Program-made: the position numbers and the translations under genes | From: a virus | Taxonomy: Duplodnaviria; Caudoviricetes | Direction: 5' to 3' (one strand) | Length of the DNA stretch: 60,558 nucleotides | IMG/VR virus record: IMGVR_UViG_3300035395_000108 | Location: 1-60,558 of that record | The notes under the pieces: model-generated | Database searches by the model: none | What the model saw: only the letters and a program-made list of their open reading frames with translations | Told to the model about the DNA's origin: nothing | Shown here: one piece after another, positions 17,629 through 29,600 of the stretch | Layout of the letters: every line of letters starts with the position of its first letter | How positions within the stretch are numbered: the first letter of the stretch is position 1

Positions 17629-18918
17629 TTGCTACCTCACCAAGTGGAAGCCGTTACCTATTCCAATGACAAGAGAGCTGCTTTATACTATTTGAAGCCA
17701 GGAACAGGGAAAACGTTAATCGGTCTCACACTTGGGGGTCAAGGTAAAACTGCTTTTATTGTTCCGGCTAGTTTAACAGCAAACTGGGTGACAGAGAACG
17801 AAAAGTTTGGGGTTCTAAAAAATTTCTCTTGGTGGAATCCTAGCAAGAAACTTGCTGAGAAACCTACCGAGAGTTTTGTTTGTTCTTATGATGCCTTTCA
17901 AAAGCTAACAGTTGCAGACTTAAAGGAGTTTAAAACGTTTGTGTTTGATGAGTCACATAAACTGAAGAGTACAGAAAGTAAAAGAACTAAAGCGGTATTC
18001 TCTATTGTTAGTAGATTGAAACCTAAAGTTTTCATGTTATCTGGGACACCGTTTACAACGAGTATATCAGATGCCTACTCACAATACCTTCTGTTAGATT
18101 CGGTTACAAGAGACAAGCCATTAAAGAATGCGGATGAATTTTATAGTCTTAGTTCTTTTAAAGAACATTTTATGAAATTAGTAAACATACGGGAAGTTCA
18201 GACTAAGACAGGTAAACGAGTTAAGATACCTGAGTATGCTGGATTCATTAATCAAGATAGGTTTTTTGAGTTAACTAATCCCTACACTTTTCGTAAAGAG
18301 ATTGAGTTAAATTTACCTCAACTTAACCATCAAATTATTAGAGTGGAAGCAGAAAAAGTGCCCAGAGAAGTGGATAACCAGTTAGAAGAGTTAGCCGTAA
18401 GTTTAGGTAAAGACCCTACTAATTTTCAGACTTCAAGAAAGTTATCCGCGGTAGCTAAGGCAAAAGTATTTGCAGAGTTCTTGGCTGACTATAGGGAATC
18501 TTCCGATAATCCTGTGGTTGGTTTTAGCTGTTTCCCAGATGTTTTAGTTGTTGCTAAAAATGTTCTTGAGAAGATGAAACTAAAGGTAGCTGTTCTAAAT
18601 GCGGATACTAGTATGTCTAATAGAGGTAAAATAGCTGGTGAGTTTCAGGAAGGTAAATTTGATATCTTACTTTGTAGTCTACTTGTTGCAAGAGAGGGGT
18701 TTACTTTGACCAAAGCTAATACAGTTATCTTCAATGACATAAGTCCGGTAGCTTCAGATAACGAACAAGCTAGTAAGCGGATTCATAGGATAGGTCAGAT
18801 TAAGGATTGCCGAGTTATCTATTTGGCTAGAAGTAGGATTGATGCAAGGTTAACCGAGTTGTGTACACAGAAACGAGACGTAATGCAAGTTTTGGATAAA
18901 GGGGTGTCTGATGAATAA
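17629..18918 (+). CDS. SNF2-family (SF2) helicase
   Basis: PGTGKT, DESH, LSGTP, EGFTL, QASKRIHRIGQ. Confidence 0.9.
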   Translation: MLPHQVEAVTYSNDKRAALYYLKPGTGKTLIGLTLGGQGKTAFIVPASLTANWVTENEKFGVLKNFSWWNPSKKLAEKPTESFVCSYDAFQKLTVADLKEFKTFVFDESHKLKSTESKRTKAVFSIVSRLKPKVFMLSGTPFTTSISDAYSQYLLLDSVTRDKPLKNADEFYSLSSFKEHFMKLVNIREVQTKTGKRVKIPEYAGFINQDRFFELTNPYTFRKEIELNLPQLNHQIIRVEAEKVPREVDNQLEELAVSLGKDPTNFQTSRKLSAVAKAKVFAEFLADYRESSDNPVVGFSCFPDVLVVAKNVLEKMKLKVAVLNADTSMSNRGKIAGEFQEGKFDILLCSLLVAREGFTLTKANTVIFNDISPVASDNEQASKRIHRIGQIKDCRVIYLARSRIDARLTELCTQKRDVMQVLDKGVSDE

Positions 18919-19468
18919 GTATATAGGAATTGACCCAGGTAAAACTGGAGCTTTAGCTATCACATATTTCAAAGATGGTAAAATATACGTTTCCTTTTCT
19001 GCTTTCAATAGTACCGGAGAAGCTGGTACTTTAAGGGAAGTGTTCTCCATTAATACAAACAAACAAGCAAAAATAGTAGTGGAGAATGTACACAGTTTCA
19101 GAGGCCAAGGGGTAGCAAGTATGTTTAGTTTTGGTAAAAGCTTCGGTAAAATTTTAGGTTGCCTAGAATATCTTAGCTTGCCTTATTCATTGGTGCATCC
19201 GCAGACTTGGCAGAGGCCTTTCAATATGTTAGTTAGTAAATCTTTGTATACCAAAGAGAGGGCTAAAAAGATATTGTCGATGATACTAAATGAGGAACTT
19301 GAGCTTACAGATGGTGAAGTAGATGCTTCTTTGATAGCAATAAGTGCTTTCATTAAAGATAACCCAGATAAAATAAATCAATATTTTCCAAACTTAAACA
19401 TCATTAAATATGATGAAAATGAAAACTTGGAAACATCAAACCTAGAAAGGATTTTAGGATGCAGTTAA
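18911..19468 (+). CDS. ruvC: RuvC-like Holliday junction resolvase
   Basis: YIGIDPGKTGA; VVENVH..GQGVASMFSFG; PQTWQ; DGEVDASLIA. Confidence 0.85.
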   Translation: MNKYIGIDPGKTGALAITYFKDGKIYVSFSAFNSTGEAGTLREVFSINTNKQAKIVVENVHSFRGQGVASMFSFGKSFGKILGCLEYLSLPYSLVHPQTWQRPFNMLVSKSLYTKERAKKILSMILNEELELTDGEVDASLIAISAFIKDNPDKINQYFPNLNIIKYDENENLETSNLERILGCS

Positions 19469-19941
19469 TAAAAGCTTTTTCAGCACATAAAGACCACGTA
19501 AACTTGTATACCGATGCTAAAAGATACAGGTTTAATTTGAACCGAGGGGTTCACTACAACAGACTCAAAGCAAGCGATTTGTTAGGTTTCATGTCGCAAA
19601 ATGAGTTAAAGTTTAATGATAAGGTAGTTTGTATTTTAGGGATAGAAAACACAGTGAAAGAGTTTCACAAGCTGCTTGAATACCCTATAGTAACTATGCT
19701 TAAATTTTGGCTTGAGACTCAGAATATTCAGGTTACCTCTTTGACTACTAATAGTATTAGAGTATTATATGCCCCGCTAATGATTGGTTACAAAACTAAA
19801 CCAATAAAAACTTTGGCGGAAATTGGGTTCATTAATACTTATGGCATAGAGAAATGGAAAGAACATTTAGAGGACAGCAGTATGTGTGTCATTGATTCAA
19901 TTTTAACATACGCAATAAAACAACCTAGGTGTTTTGAATAG
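19459..19941 (+). CDS. Hypothetical protein
   Basis: Overlapping ORF in the operon. Confidence 0.6.
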   Translation: MQLIKAFSAHKDHVNLYTDAKRYRFNLNRGVHYNRLKASDLLGFMSQNELKFNDKVVCILGIENTVKEFHKLLEYPIVTMLKFWLETQNIQVTSLTTNSIRVLYAPLMIGYKTKPIKTLAEIGFINTYGIEKWKEHLEDSSMCVIDSILTYAIKQPRCFE

Positions 19942-19949
19942 AGGGAATT

Positions 19950-20315
19950 ATGGCATTAAAAGAATTGATATGTGATAACTGCGGATTCACAATGGAAATT
20001 ATACATAGGGAAGGTGAATACCCACCTTGCCCTAAGTGTGCTAGCAAACTTAGGCAAAACTACGCTACCTTAGGCGGAAACTTTACATGTTTTCGTGGAA
20101 GCAAATATAATACAGCAGGCAATCTACAAAATTTCAGTGTAAAACATGACCCAATGGCAGCCTATGAATTAGGGTTGCTAGATGACAAAGGCAAATACGC
20201 TAAATTACCGGTATCCGAACGAATAGAACTTAGAAACAAGTTCGACAAAGAAGGTGACAGTGTTAAACTTAGAGATGAGATAACTAAAAAGCGTGAGGCC
20301 ATCGGTGCTCCTTGA
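19950..20315 (+). CDS. FmdB-like zinc-ribbon protein
   Basis: CDNCG...CPKC at the N-terminus. Confidence 0.7.
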   Translation: MALKELICDNCGFTMEIIHREGEYPPCPKCASKLRQNYATLGGNFTCFRGSKYNTAGNLQNFSVKHDPMAAYELGLLDDKGKYAKLPVSERIELRNKFDKEGDSVKLRDEITKKREAIGAP

Positions 20316-20340
20316 TTAAACTTGCCATTGGTGCTAATCT
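20312..20340 (+). promoter_or_regulatory. Promoter of the ejection-protein operon
   Basis: TTGATT-17-TAATCT with TGn extension. Confidence 0.55.
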
Positions 20341-20377
20341 AACTATTGAAGTAAAACTTTTTTAGGAGACCACCAAA

Positions 20378-23300
20378 ATGGCAGACTACAGTACAATGAC
20401 GAAAGAGCAATTGCAACAAGAGTTTTCTAAACTCCAGCGTGACCGCATGGGTGACACAGAAAATTCAGAAATATACCTTAAAAGAATGGCTGAAGTAAGA
20501 CAAGCTTTAGATAACATAGATAGAACTCAAGCTAAAACCACAGTAGATACCAATACCCAGAAAGCAAGCAATATAAAGTTTGGTACAAACATTAATGCTG
20601 AAAAACCTATAACTATCCCTACTGATACAGCTACACCAAAGCCAGCAGAACCGGAAATAAAGCCAGTACCAACTCCAGAAGAATTAAGTAAACCTGAACC
20701 AACTGAACCAACTGAACCAACTGAACCAGTAGAAACAGTAAACCCGCAGTTTGAAAAAGAAGTAAACAAAGAACTAGGTCAGGAACCTTCGACTACAGTA
20801 AATATGCCAACTAAAGTTATCACCCCTAGTAATTCATCGGGGAAAACTTACGATATCGATGAATCAGCTATTGCCCCAAAAAATGGAGTACCTCTTGCAA
20901 CTGGCAATGAAGCATGGGAATCAGTTAATGGTAGAATGAAAATTAACAACCTAGGCGAAAATCGTAAAGATGATGCCACAGCAAATGCCGACACAATAGC
21001 ATTGAGAGACCACTTCCAGGCTAACCTTGGAAGAGCACCAACATCTGAAGAATATGAAAGAATAAGAACAGTAGGTTCTACGATACAAAGTGTGACTCAA
21101 GAAGCTCAAAATCCCACCAAAGGCCAAACCGGCCAACAAAATACCCCAACACAAACTGAACAAGAAGTTGCTACAAGGCAACCATCTGATATACCTCCAA
21201 ACCAATTTGATAGTATGAGTAGTAAACCTATAGATGTTTCCAAAAAGACAGCGACAGGCGATATCCCTGAAACTCCGTTACCAGATACTGAGCAAACCAG
21301 TACTCCACCATTGCCAGAAGATATCCAAGATATACCTTCAGAACAACCGATACCACCACCTAAATTCGACAACCAAGGGCAACCAATAGATGGTACAGGT
21401 ATGATGAAATTAGGTGAAGATATCGAAAGAACAACTGATGCTTCTAAAGATGCTGTCTATGCTGCAACAGCTAAAGGCCTTGGATTAGTTAACGAGAGGC
21501 AAGCTGAAGCTAGAGAAAGTGGATTATCTTTAACTGATTACAGACAACAGGTAGAATCATTACTCGACACATCCAAAAAAGAAGGTAAGGAAAGCCTCCG
21601 TAAAATGATGGCTGGACTTGATAGAAATGAGAAAAGAGCGTTTGCTCAAAACTTGATATATGCTTTAGGGGCTATAGCTGCCGGGTTAACTGGGCTACAA
21701 CAAGGTGTGGCCGTCGGCCAATACTACAAACCTGAGAAAGTGTTTAATCAAGGTGAAGCGGATACAAGAGAACAAAATAAATATTCTGCTGATATGGAAC
21801 AACAAAAACAAGACCTCACATTACAATTGTCCAAAGCTAAAGATTTATTTGATATTACCCAAAAATATCTTGACCCTGCGGCTGCGGCTGAGATTGCTCA
21901 AACAGCTAAGGGAATGGAAACAATTAAGCAAGGCAATGCAAGTATACAGTCCTTTATTAATCAGACAATGCAAAATGACGCAAAATTCCAACAAGAACTT
22001 ACTAAAGCTAAAATTGCTCAAGATTGGAATGCTTACAATAATCTTATGGCACATCGTTATAAGATGGCTGAACAGGAAGCTGAGCAAAAGTTTAAGGCTA
22101 CTAGCGGTGCAGTAGGAAAACTAGCCGAGCCAGAGAGACTTTCTGATGCTATGGTTAAAGACCTTGCCCCTCTTGTTGCTCTCTCGAATCTTCCGCTACA
22201 TAGAAGGTGGCAGGGGGATGCTAAGAGTAATTATATAGAAACATATAAACCTATTGCAGATGCTTTGACACCTACACCTGAAAACCAGAAATATAGTGCG
22301 GCCTTAAATAATTTAGATGAGGTTATGTTTAAGAAAGGTGAAAACGGATATGAGCCAATAATTAGTTATAAGAAAGCATTCCTCAATTCATCAGATGAAG
22401 AAGGTAAAAAGAGGGCGATAGTGCAAGCCTCTCAAGCATTAGCCGCGAGCATAACTGAAAGAATAGCATTTTTAGGGGTATCCGGGGTGGATAGTAGAAC
22501 CTTCCAAAAAGATTTGGTTACTTCTTTAGTTAATGACGAAGATTTTAAGAATGCTTTAAGTAACCCTAATGACAAAAAAGGTGTAGAGCTTCAAAGGGTA
22601 CAAAGGGAGTTCTTTAGGGAAACTACCCAAGATATTGCTAGATTTGCTAACGGTAACTTCCAGTCGGCTGACGAAGTAAATTTTGCTCAAAATGTTTTAG
22701 GGTTTGCAACTGAATTGCCTACAGACGAACAGTTAAATGAAAATATGTTGGGAATCGCCGAAGGGGTGGGTGTAACAAATCCGTCAGAAGTTAGAGATAT
22801 GTACTACAGAGGGTTTGTACCAAACCGAGACCAGGGCCAAGGACAGTATCAAGGGCAAGGGCAAGGGCAAGGGCAAGGGCAATCCCAAGGACAGCCAAGA
22901 CAACGCAAACAGGTAAACTTGATACCTTCAGTTTCAAGCGGAGATGCCCCAAAGAACAATCAACAGTTCGCTAACATTGTGGACTCTAATGGAGCCCCAG
23001 TTCAAGGGCAGTATGCGGGTATTCTGTTAAACCAAGTACAGCCTAACGATAAGATGAGACCTGGATTACAACGAGGGCAGTATATTTTACCTAGTCACAT
23101 GACTCAAGACCAAGCATTTTTGAAGAATGTTTCTGAGGTAGCTAAAGCAACTGGTGGGGTTATGGACGAGAAAGCTCTCTTAACTCTTATGGCTGTGGAA
23201 AATGTTTCTGGATTGCCAAATGTTATAAATATGGCGGGTAATAAATCAACAGGTGCAACAGGATTATTCCAGTTCTTGCCTGCAACAGTTTTCCCATATC

Positions 23301-23668
23301 TCAAGGAAAAGGGTGTTGTTCAAGGTGAGTTTGATTGGAATAGGCGTGCAGAAATACAAAACACTATGGCTAACTTAACTAGAACGCAACAGACAGCTAT
23401 CTTTTCTGACTTCTTACAAGATATGATTCAAGATGCCCAAAGTGTTTACCCATCTGGTACAAAACTAACACCCGGTCATATTTATGCTATCCATAATCAA
23501 GGTGCCCAAGGTGTAAGAAATATGTTAAGAGGGCAATCTGCCTCAAACAAATCTGGAAACGCTGGATTAGATTTATCTAACATAAATAACCTTATAAACG
23601 ATTTTAACAGAAGAATACCTGATACTTTCACTAATGAATCAGGCCAAACTATTTTCGGAGGTGGGTAA
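20378..23668 (+). CDS. Internal virion/ejection protein with C-terminal lysozyme-like (lytic transglycosylase) domain
   Basis: MAVEN...GATGLFQF...YAIHNQG; hydrophobic segment LIYALGAIAAGLTGL; disordered Pro/Glu/Thr N-terminal half. Confidence 0.7.
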   Translation: MADYSTMTKEQLQQEFSKLQRDRMGDTENSEIYLKRMAEVRQALDNIDRTQAKTTVDTNTQKASNIKFGTNINAEKPITIPTDTATPKPAEPEIKPVPTPEELSKPEPTEPTEPTEPVETVNPQFEKEVNKELGQEPSTTVNMPTKVITPSNSSGKTYDIDESAIAPKNGVPLATGNEAWESVNGRMKINNLGENRKDDATANADTIALRDHFQANLGRAPTSEEYERIRTVGSTIQSVTQEAQNPTKGQTGQQNTPTQTEQEVATRQPSDIPPNQFDSMSSKPIDVSKKTATGDIPETPLPDTEQTSTPPLPEDIQDIPSEQPIPPPKFDNQGQPIDGTGMMKLGEDIERTTDASKDAVYAATAKGLGLVNERQAEARESGLSLTDYRQQVESLLDTSKKEGKESLRKMMAGLDRNEKRAFAQNLIYALGAIAAGLTGLQQGVAVGQYYKPEKVFNQGEADTREQNKYSADMEQQKQDLTLQLSKAKDLFDITQKYLDPAAAAEIAQTAKGMETIKQGNASIQSFINQTMQNDAKFQQELTKAKIAQDWNAYNNLMAHRYKMAEQEAEQKFKATSGAVGKLAEPERLSDAMVKDLAPLVALSNLPLHRRWQGDAKSNYIETYKPIADALTPTPENQKYSAALNNLDEVMFKKGENGYEPIISYKKAFLNSSDEEGKKRAIVQASQALAASITERIAFLGVSGVDSRTFQKDLVTSLVNDEDFKNALSNPNDKKGVELQRVQREFFRETTQDIARFANGNFQSADEVNFAQNVLGFATELPTDEQLNENMLGIAEGVGVTNPSEVRDMYYRGFVPNRDQGQGQYQGQGQGQGQGQSQGQPRQRKQVNLIPSVSSGDAPKNNQQFANIVDSNGAPVQGQYAGILLNQVQPNDKMRPGLQRGQYILPSHMTQDQAFLKNVSEVAKATGGVMDEKALLTLMAVENVSGLPNVINMAGNKSTGATGLFQFLPATVFPYLKEKGVVQGEFDWNRRAEIQNTMANLTRTQQTAIFSDFLQDMIQDAQSVYPSGTKLTPGHIYAIHNQGAQGVRNMLRGQSASNKSGNAGLDLSNINNLINDFNRRIPDTFTNESGQTIFGGG
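20694..20728 (+). repeat. 9-bp tandem repeat CTGAACCAA x~4 (EPT)
   Basis: Read directly from the sequence. Confidence 0.85.
22850..22882 (+). repeat. 6-bp tandem repeat CAAGGG x5.5 (QG)
   Basis: Read directly from the sequence. Confidence 0.9.
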
Positions 23669-26600
23669 TGGGTAGAATTAAATGGGGTGCTGGATTAGAA
23701 ACAGAGGAAACCAAAGAGAAGCCTAAACAATCGGGAGGCAGAATTAAATGGGGTTCTGGGCTTGATGGGCAAGGGGTTGACTACAAAACCAGTCCTACCC
23801 CAAGCGGTAGAATTAAATGGGGTGCTGGACTTAATGACAGTTCAGAGAGTAGTTATGATAAAATAATGCAAGGTGACTTTGAGCTACCTAAGCAAACAGC
23901 AACGTCACTTCCAGACCAAAACATTGTTACCAGTGTTTTAAGTGCACCAGCAACTGAATCTGTTGACACAAAAATTGATGTTAAACCTATCGCACCTCTA
24001 ATTGCACCGGGTAAATCTAAGAAAGAGTTAGCTAGTTTAGAGTTAAATAAACCTAAAAAAGGTATCGTTGAGAGTGTTGTTGATTGGGGTAAGGGTAGAG
24101 TTGAAGATGTTAAGACAGCCTATGAGGAAGGAAAAGAGGAAGACTTTCTTTCAGGTCGTAAAGGTTCTGTTGGTTCAGGAGTTGCTAAAGCTTACTTAGA
24201 ATCTACATTCGGAGCCGCCAAAGATGTACTTGGTGGAGCTGGGAACTTTGTTAAGGAAAGATATGCGGAAAATATTGCACCAATGTATAATGTGCTCAAT
24301 GATGAGATAACCGGAGGCCTTGGAAGAGGAGATAGAGTTTCACCAATACTCATGGAGCAGTTCAAAAAAGACCCCTCTAAAATATTTAACAAAGATTACT
24401 TTAAGGAACTTCCAGCGTATAATGCTTTATGGTGGGCAGGACATGCTTTACCAGAAATGGTAAAGGGTAAGAACCCTGGAGAAGTATTAGCTGAGAAACA
24501 GAAAATGGATGAAGAGTATAAGAAAGGCCTCAGAGATACTTGGGGTGAAGTTTCCGAGGATTCTCAGTTAAAATTTAAACAGGTATACGAACTAATGGAC
24601 GAAAACGGTAATATATCTGTTGATGATTTAGATACAATTGACTTACCTAAATTCTTGAAAGCACAGTTACTCATAGATAGCAAATCCGCTCAATTAGGTA
24701 TTCCAAAGAGAGTTTTAGAAGACCACTACGGACTCGCAGGTTTCTCGGATAACGCTATCGTTCAAGACTTCGGCAAACTAGTATCCGTAAACCAAAAGAT
24801 TATTAAAGATAAATTTGATGTAGATTTAGAGCCTAATGATGTATTCACAATTATGCGTGACCCCGATTTGCGAAAGATATATGAATTACCTAATCAAGAG
24901 TTTGAGGGAGGTTCAGCTGGTATATTGCGGTATGTTGCAGCAGTTGCTGACCAAGCATTAATGAACATTCCTACCAAACCAGCGAGAATGATAAGTGCTA
25001 ACAAGATTAAAGAGAAATATGCTTCCTTAGATTCACCAGAGATAAATAAGGCTTGGTCAGCTAATGAAGATATGATTGAGCTGTATCTTGAGAAAGCAAA
25101 GAAATCCGGTAAATCTCAAACTATAAAGGTTAACAGTTCAGGAAATATGGGATTCTTTACAGGTAAAATGGTAATTGACCCTAACTCAAATATTGCGGAT
25201 GTTAAAGCATCTTTCAATGAAGCATACTTAACTAGTGTACTAGGGAACCTAGAGAACCTAGGTAAACGTTCGGATACACAAGTTGCTGGTATGGCTGTTA
25301 GTATGATTCCTGGGGCTACAACAACGGCGGCTAAAGGTATTACTGCTGGAATGGCTAGGGCTGGTATGAATGTTGATGCTTTATCTAAGGTAAACTTGTT
25401 TGGTAAGATATCTTCAAAATACCCTTTCATGGCAAATGTGTTAAAACCAACCTACGGGGCAACTAAAACTAATACTCAAATGGCACTTCAAGTTGGAAGT
25501 AATGTAGGGAAAACTGCTGTAAAAAATGTAGGCAATCTAGCTGGCAACGCTGTAAAGCTGGGTGCACAAGTTGCTGCAGGTTCTGAGAGTGGGTTTGAAG
25601 ACCAGGCTTTCATCTATTCAGTAATGTTTGGGGGAGCTTTAGGAGCACTCGGTGCCACCGGAGGGGTACTTAGTGAAGGTGTTAGAAGTGTACAGCAATC
25701 TAAAGTAGGTAATACTTTAGCTCAACAAGGGGTTGCTTTTAGGGTAGCTAAACTATCTGACAGTGAGGTAAGTACAGTTTTCAGCAGAATTGGTAATGAT
25801 GTAGCAACTGACTATAAGGGACTTGAGAAGATAATATCTTTTGAGGACTTTAAAGCAATCCACGCTGGAACAAGAAGTCAAATATCAGCAGAAGCAAACT
25901 TAATCAAAATGTTTGGTGAGGAAGCATTAGCTGACCCTAATTTATCTAAAGAGCAGGGGGTTGGCATTCAACATGTTATGGATGTGCTGGCTGGTAGAGT
26001 TGGGGAAGACAATCAGGTTGCTTTAAAGAACATATTGTCAACTCACTTCTCTTCAGTAAATGGAATGGACCCAATCCAATATAGAAATATGTATGTATTT
26101 ATGGAATCAGCAAAAGAGGTTTTTGATAGTCATGTTGTCATGAATATAATGAACAAAGTTGACCCTCAAGTGTTTAAGAATACCGATGAGTTTATGGGGT
26201 TACTTAAGGCTAACAAGATAGGCGAAGGCATGAATACTGGAGACCTGTTAAGTATACCTATCACTAACCGTATTGGAACTGAGTTAACTGATGAAGAAAT
26301 ATTCAAACAAATATTCATTGATGTGGCCAGAACGCCTACTACTAGATTTGCTGAAGGCATTACAGGTAAAACCGCTACTCTTTACAGTGATACAAAAACA
26401 GCTGAATATTTAGAAAACCTAAACAGAAAGCGTAATGTTTTGGATACTTCTCCAAATATTGCTTCAAGGGCAGCAGAAGAGTTTGAAGAAAGTTTACTCG
26501 GACTTGAAAACCATTGGAAATCTAGAGGTAAATCACTTTCAGATACTATGGATGATTCCTGGAAAGAGATTGGTACTGAGTTAACTAGACTACGTACAGA

Positions 26601-29600
26601 TATGCTTGCTAACCCTAAAAACTATGTTCCAAAAGAACCTTTAACATCTTTAGATGATGTGGTTGAAAACATCGCTTATACTATAAGAATACTAGATTTG
26701 GACGATGTTAATAAGTTTAAAGCTACCTTAAAAGAAAACCCTCATCTAGTTTACAAGGTTACTTCAGATTTGCTAAGTACCTCTCAAGAATTTATAGGTA
26801 AAAATAAAAAAGTTAGGGAAGCTTTCGAGTCAATAAATTTAGCTAGCAAAGAAATAGATACCCTAAGAGATATTGAAAGAATGAAAATAGTTGACGGAGT
26901 TCAGACTTATTATAATAATAAAATGGTTACTCCTATAGCTAACACACTAACTGATGACTTAGTTGACCCGAATATAGTCAGCCGAAATACAATGGAAGAC
27001 CCTAAGAGTGCGATAAATAGGGCAACCGGTGCAGACCCGACCATAACCAGGTCTGGGGAATTACTTAGAGACGCTCATAAGATACCGGATGTGGCAAAGA
27101 GAGCTGAATACATTGCTAATAATTTAACAGCTAATAAGACTTCAATTGAGATGGATGAAGTTGTTGCCCAAAGCTTAGGTAAAAGGATGGCTAACCTTGA
27201 AGAGGTGGACTTTGCCGCCTTAAAGAAAGATGCTATCGCTGGTACAGTGAAAGTTAAGAATATTGGGATATTTGATGCTTTAGAGACATCTTATGGCAGA
27301 CCTTTGAGAGCTGCTAAGGAAATAGAAAACATTATCACTGCTAACCCCAATAACTATACAGCTGTAGAAAAATTACAGCAAGTGGATTTACTGATAGGTA
27401 AAGTAACTGAAGATGCCATGGTTAGAAAATTTATAACTGATAACGACAGATTCACTAATTTAGTAACACAGGCTTCTACAGAGTTAGCCAATCTACCAAT
27501 AGGCAATAAAGAATTACATGAGTTAACTTTATCCTTAGTTAATAACCCTAAATATGGTGAAATCCATATGTTCGGCAGTGGGTTCTCAGAGAAGAACTTG
27601 CAGAATATACTAGATTCGGGTAGGCAAATAACTAAAGAATCAGTAGACATTATAGCTAAAAGTTACAAAGAAGTTACCGGAGAAAACTTAAAAGTTTTAC
27701 CTTTTCTAGCCACCTTCATAAACAAGTCAACACATAACTTAGATACATTGTCACTTTATGGTATGACTATGGAGAAACTATCCAAACAAGCAAACATTAA
27801 AGATAAAATTACTGGAGGGTATGTAAGATGGATGGGTTCTGGAGACATGATATCTAAGATAGTTGGTAGGGAATCTGGGGTGTCTATATTTAATGCAATA
27901 GTAGCTAGATATAATGGTAATATTCAGGGTTACAACGCTAGTATAGCTTTCACCAAGAATCTGCATAACACTTTCCAGGAGATACCTTTAGTTAAAAAGT
28001 ACCTTTCATCTAGGCAAATGGGGGATGTTTGGTCAAGGTTATCCGGTTCTAAAGGAATATTGGATTCCACAGAAGGTGTTCAGATGGTTATGAAGTTAAA
28101 CTCTAACTCGACATCACAAGAACACATGTTAATTCAAAACACCAAAAACGTTGTTGGTGACTTCGTGGCAACATTCGCTGAAGATGGGAGTATGGCTTTA
28201 ACTTCTGTAGGCCGAATATTTAAAGATGTCTTTATAGATAATGTTAACATTGGTAATGTTTTGAAGTACTCCGATACAAACAATGCTAAATTAACTGAAA
28301 CTATTAAGGCCGCTTTTCTTAGGGAAGTTAAAAATCAACACGGTGTAGTGACAACTAGGATGAAAGAGTTGGTAGCTGACCCTACAATTCCAGATGCCTT
28401 AAAAGGGTTAACACATAAGCAGAAAGTGGAGTACTCTTTATTAACCAAACAGAAAGCTTTGTTAGAGGTTAACCATTTACCTTTCGTTGATAAGGCTACC
28501 AACACTATCCGAGGAGCATTGCCTGAAAATCACGCTGGTAACTATTTCTCCAACTATTTTAGAGTTAGGGATGCTAACCCAGAACACTATAAGTCAGCAT
28601 TCATGGCCTTTGAAACAGCTGGTAAAATGCAATCTCAAGTTTGGAGAGAGTCATCTGATATTATCTTAGAGAACAATAAACTGTTCAAAGATGTGTTAGG
28701 CGTTGAAATCCAGCCTTTCAAACATAGGGAAGATTATTACATTGGCTCTGTTAGGAATAAGACAAGTGGGGTTCTTGACCAAAGAGATGGTCTTATGAAT
28801 GCTAACTCTATGAATGCTGTTAAAACTGAATCAGTAAGTGGAAGATGGAAATCTTCCAAATCTGCTTCGGCGATGTCACAGATAGAGAAAGCCAACTCAA
28901 TTGACCCTAACAACTCGTTACACCCTTTACAAGCATTACAAAGATACGCTTACCAAAGGTTTACAGATGCTTCCACTATTCACAGTACTTCTGCTTTAAA
29001 TAATCAAGCAAGAACTTTAACTGAAATGGGGTTCAATAATATTGGTAACGTTGTTAAAGAATGGGCAGCAACTGCCGGAGCACCTCCAGCACTATTGTCA
29101 ACAGCTAAAGTAGCTATCAAAGATTACTTGTATAGAACTTCCTGGGGGCGAACATTAATACTGGCTACAACGCCCGTGGGAGCTATCGCTGCACCTGCTG
29201 CAAAGTTAACTACAGGTCCCGCTAGAATGATTAAGAATAATTTACAAGGTCACACAATGCTTCTCTCAAGAACTGGTAGTGCACAAACATTATACAATCT
29301 TCCAAACATGTTAAAAAATGGCCTATTCGACACATTTATCACGCAACCGTTTGACCCAAAGTTACAGGAAAAAGTGTTCAGGTATAATGCAAACACATAT
29401 ACTATAAATGGTGATTTAAAAGGGTTAGCTGAGAAAGCGGCTAAGGGAGTTCAACAAGAATTTGCTTTAGCAAGAAACCAAAGTATCACTTATATGGCAG
29501 GTACAGCTGGTAACCAAGGGAGAGGTAGTCTGGAGTCTATGGCTTTAGGTGCTGAGGGGGTTGCTGACTTCCTTAAAACTCAGGTTGCTATGAGAATGAA

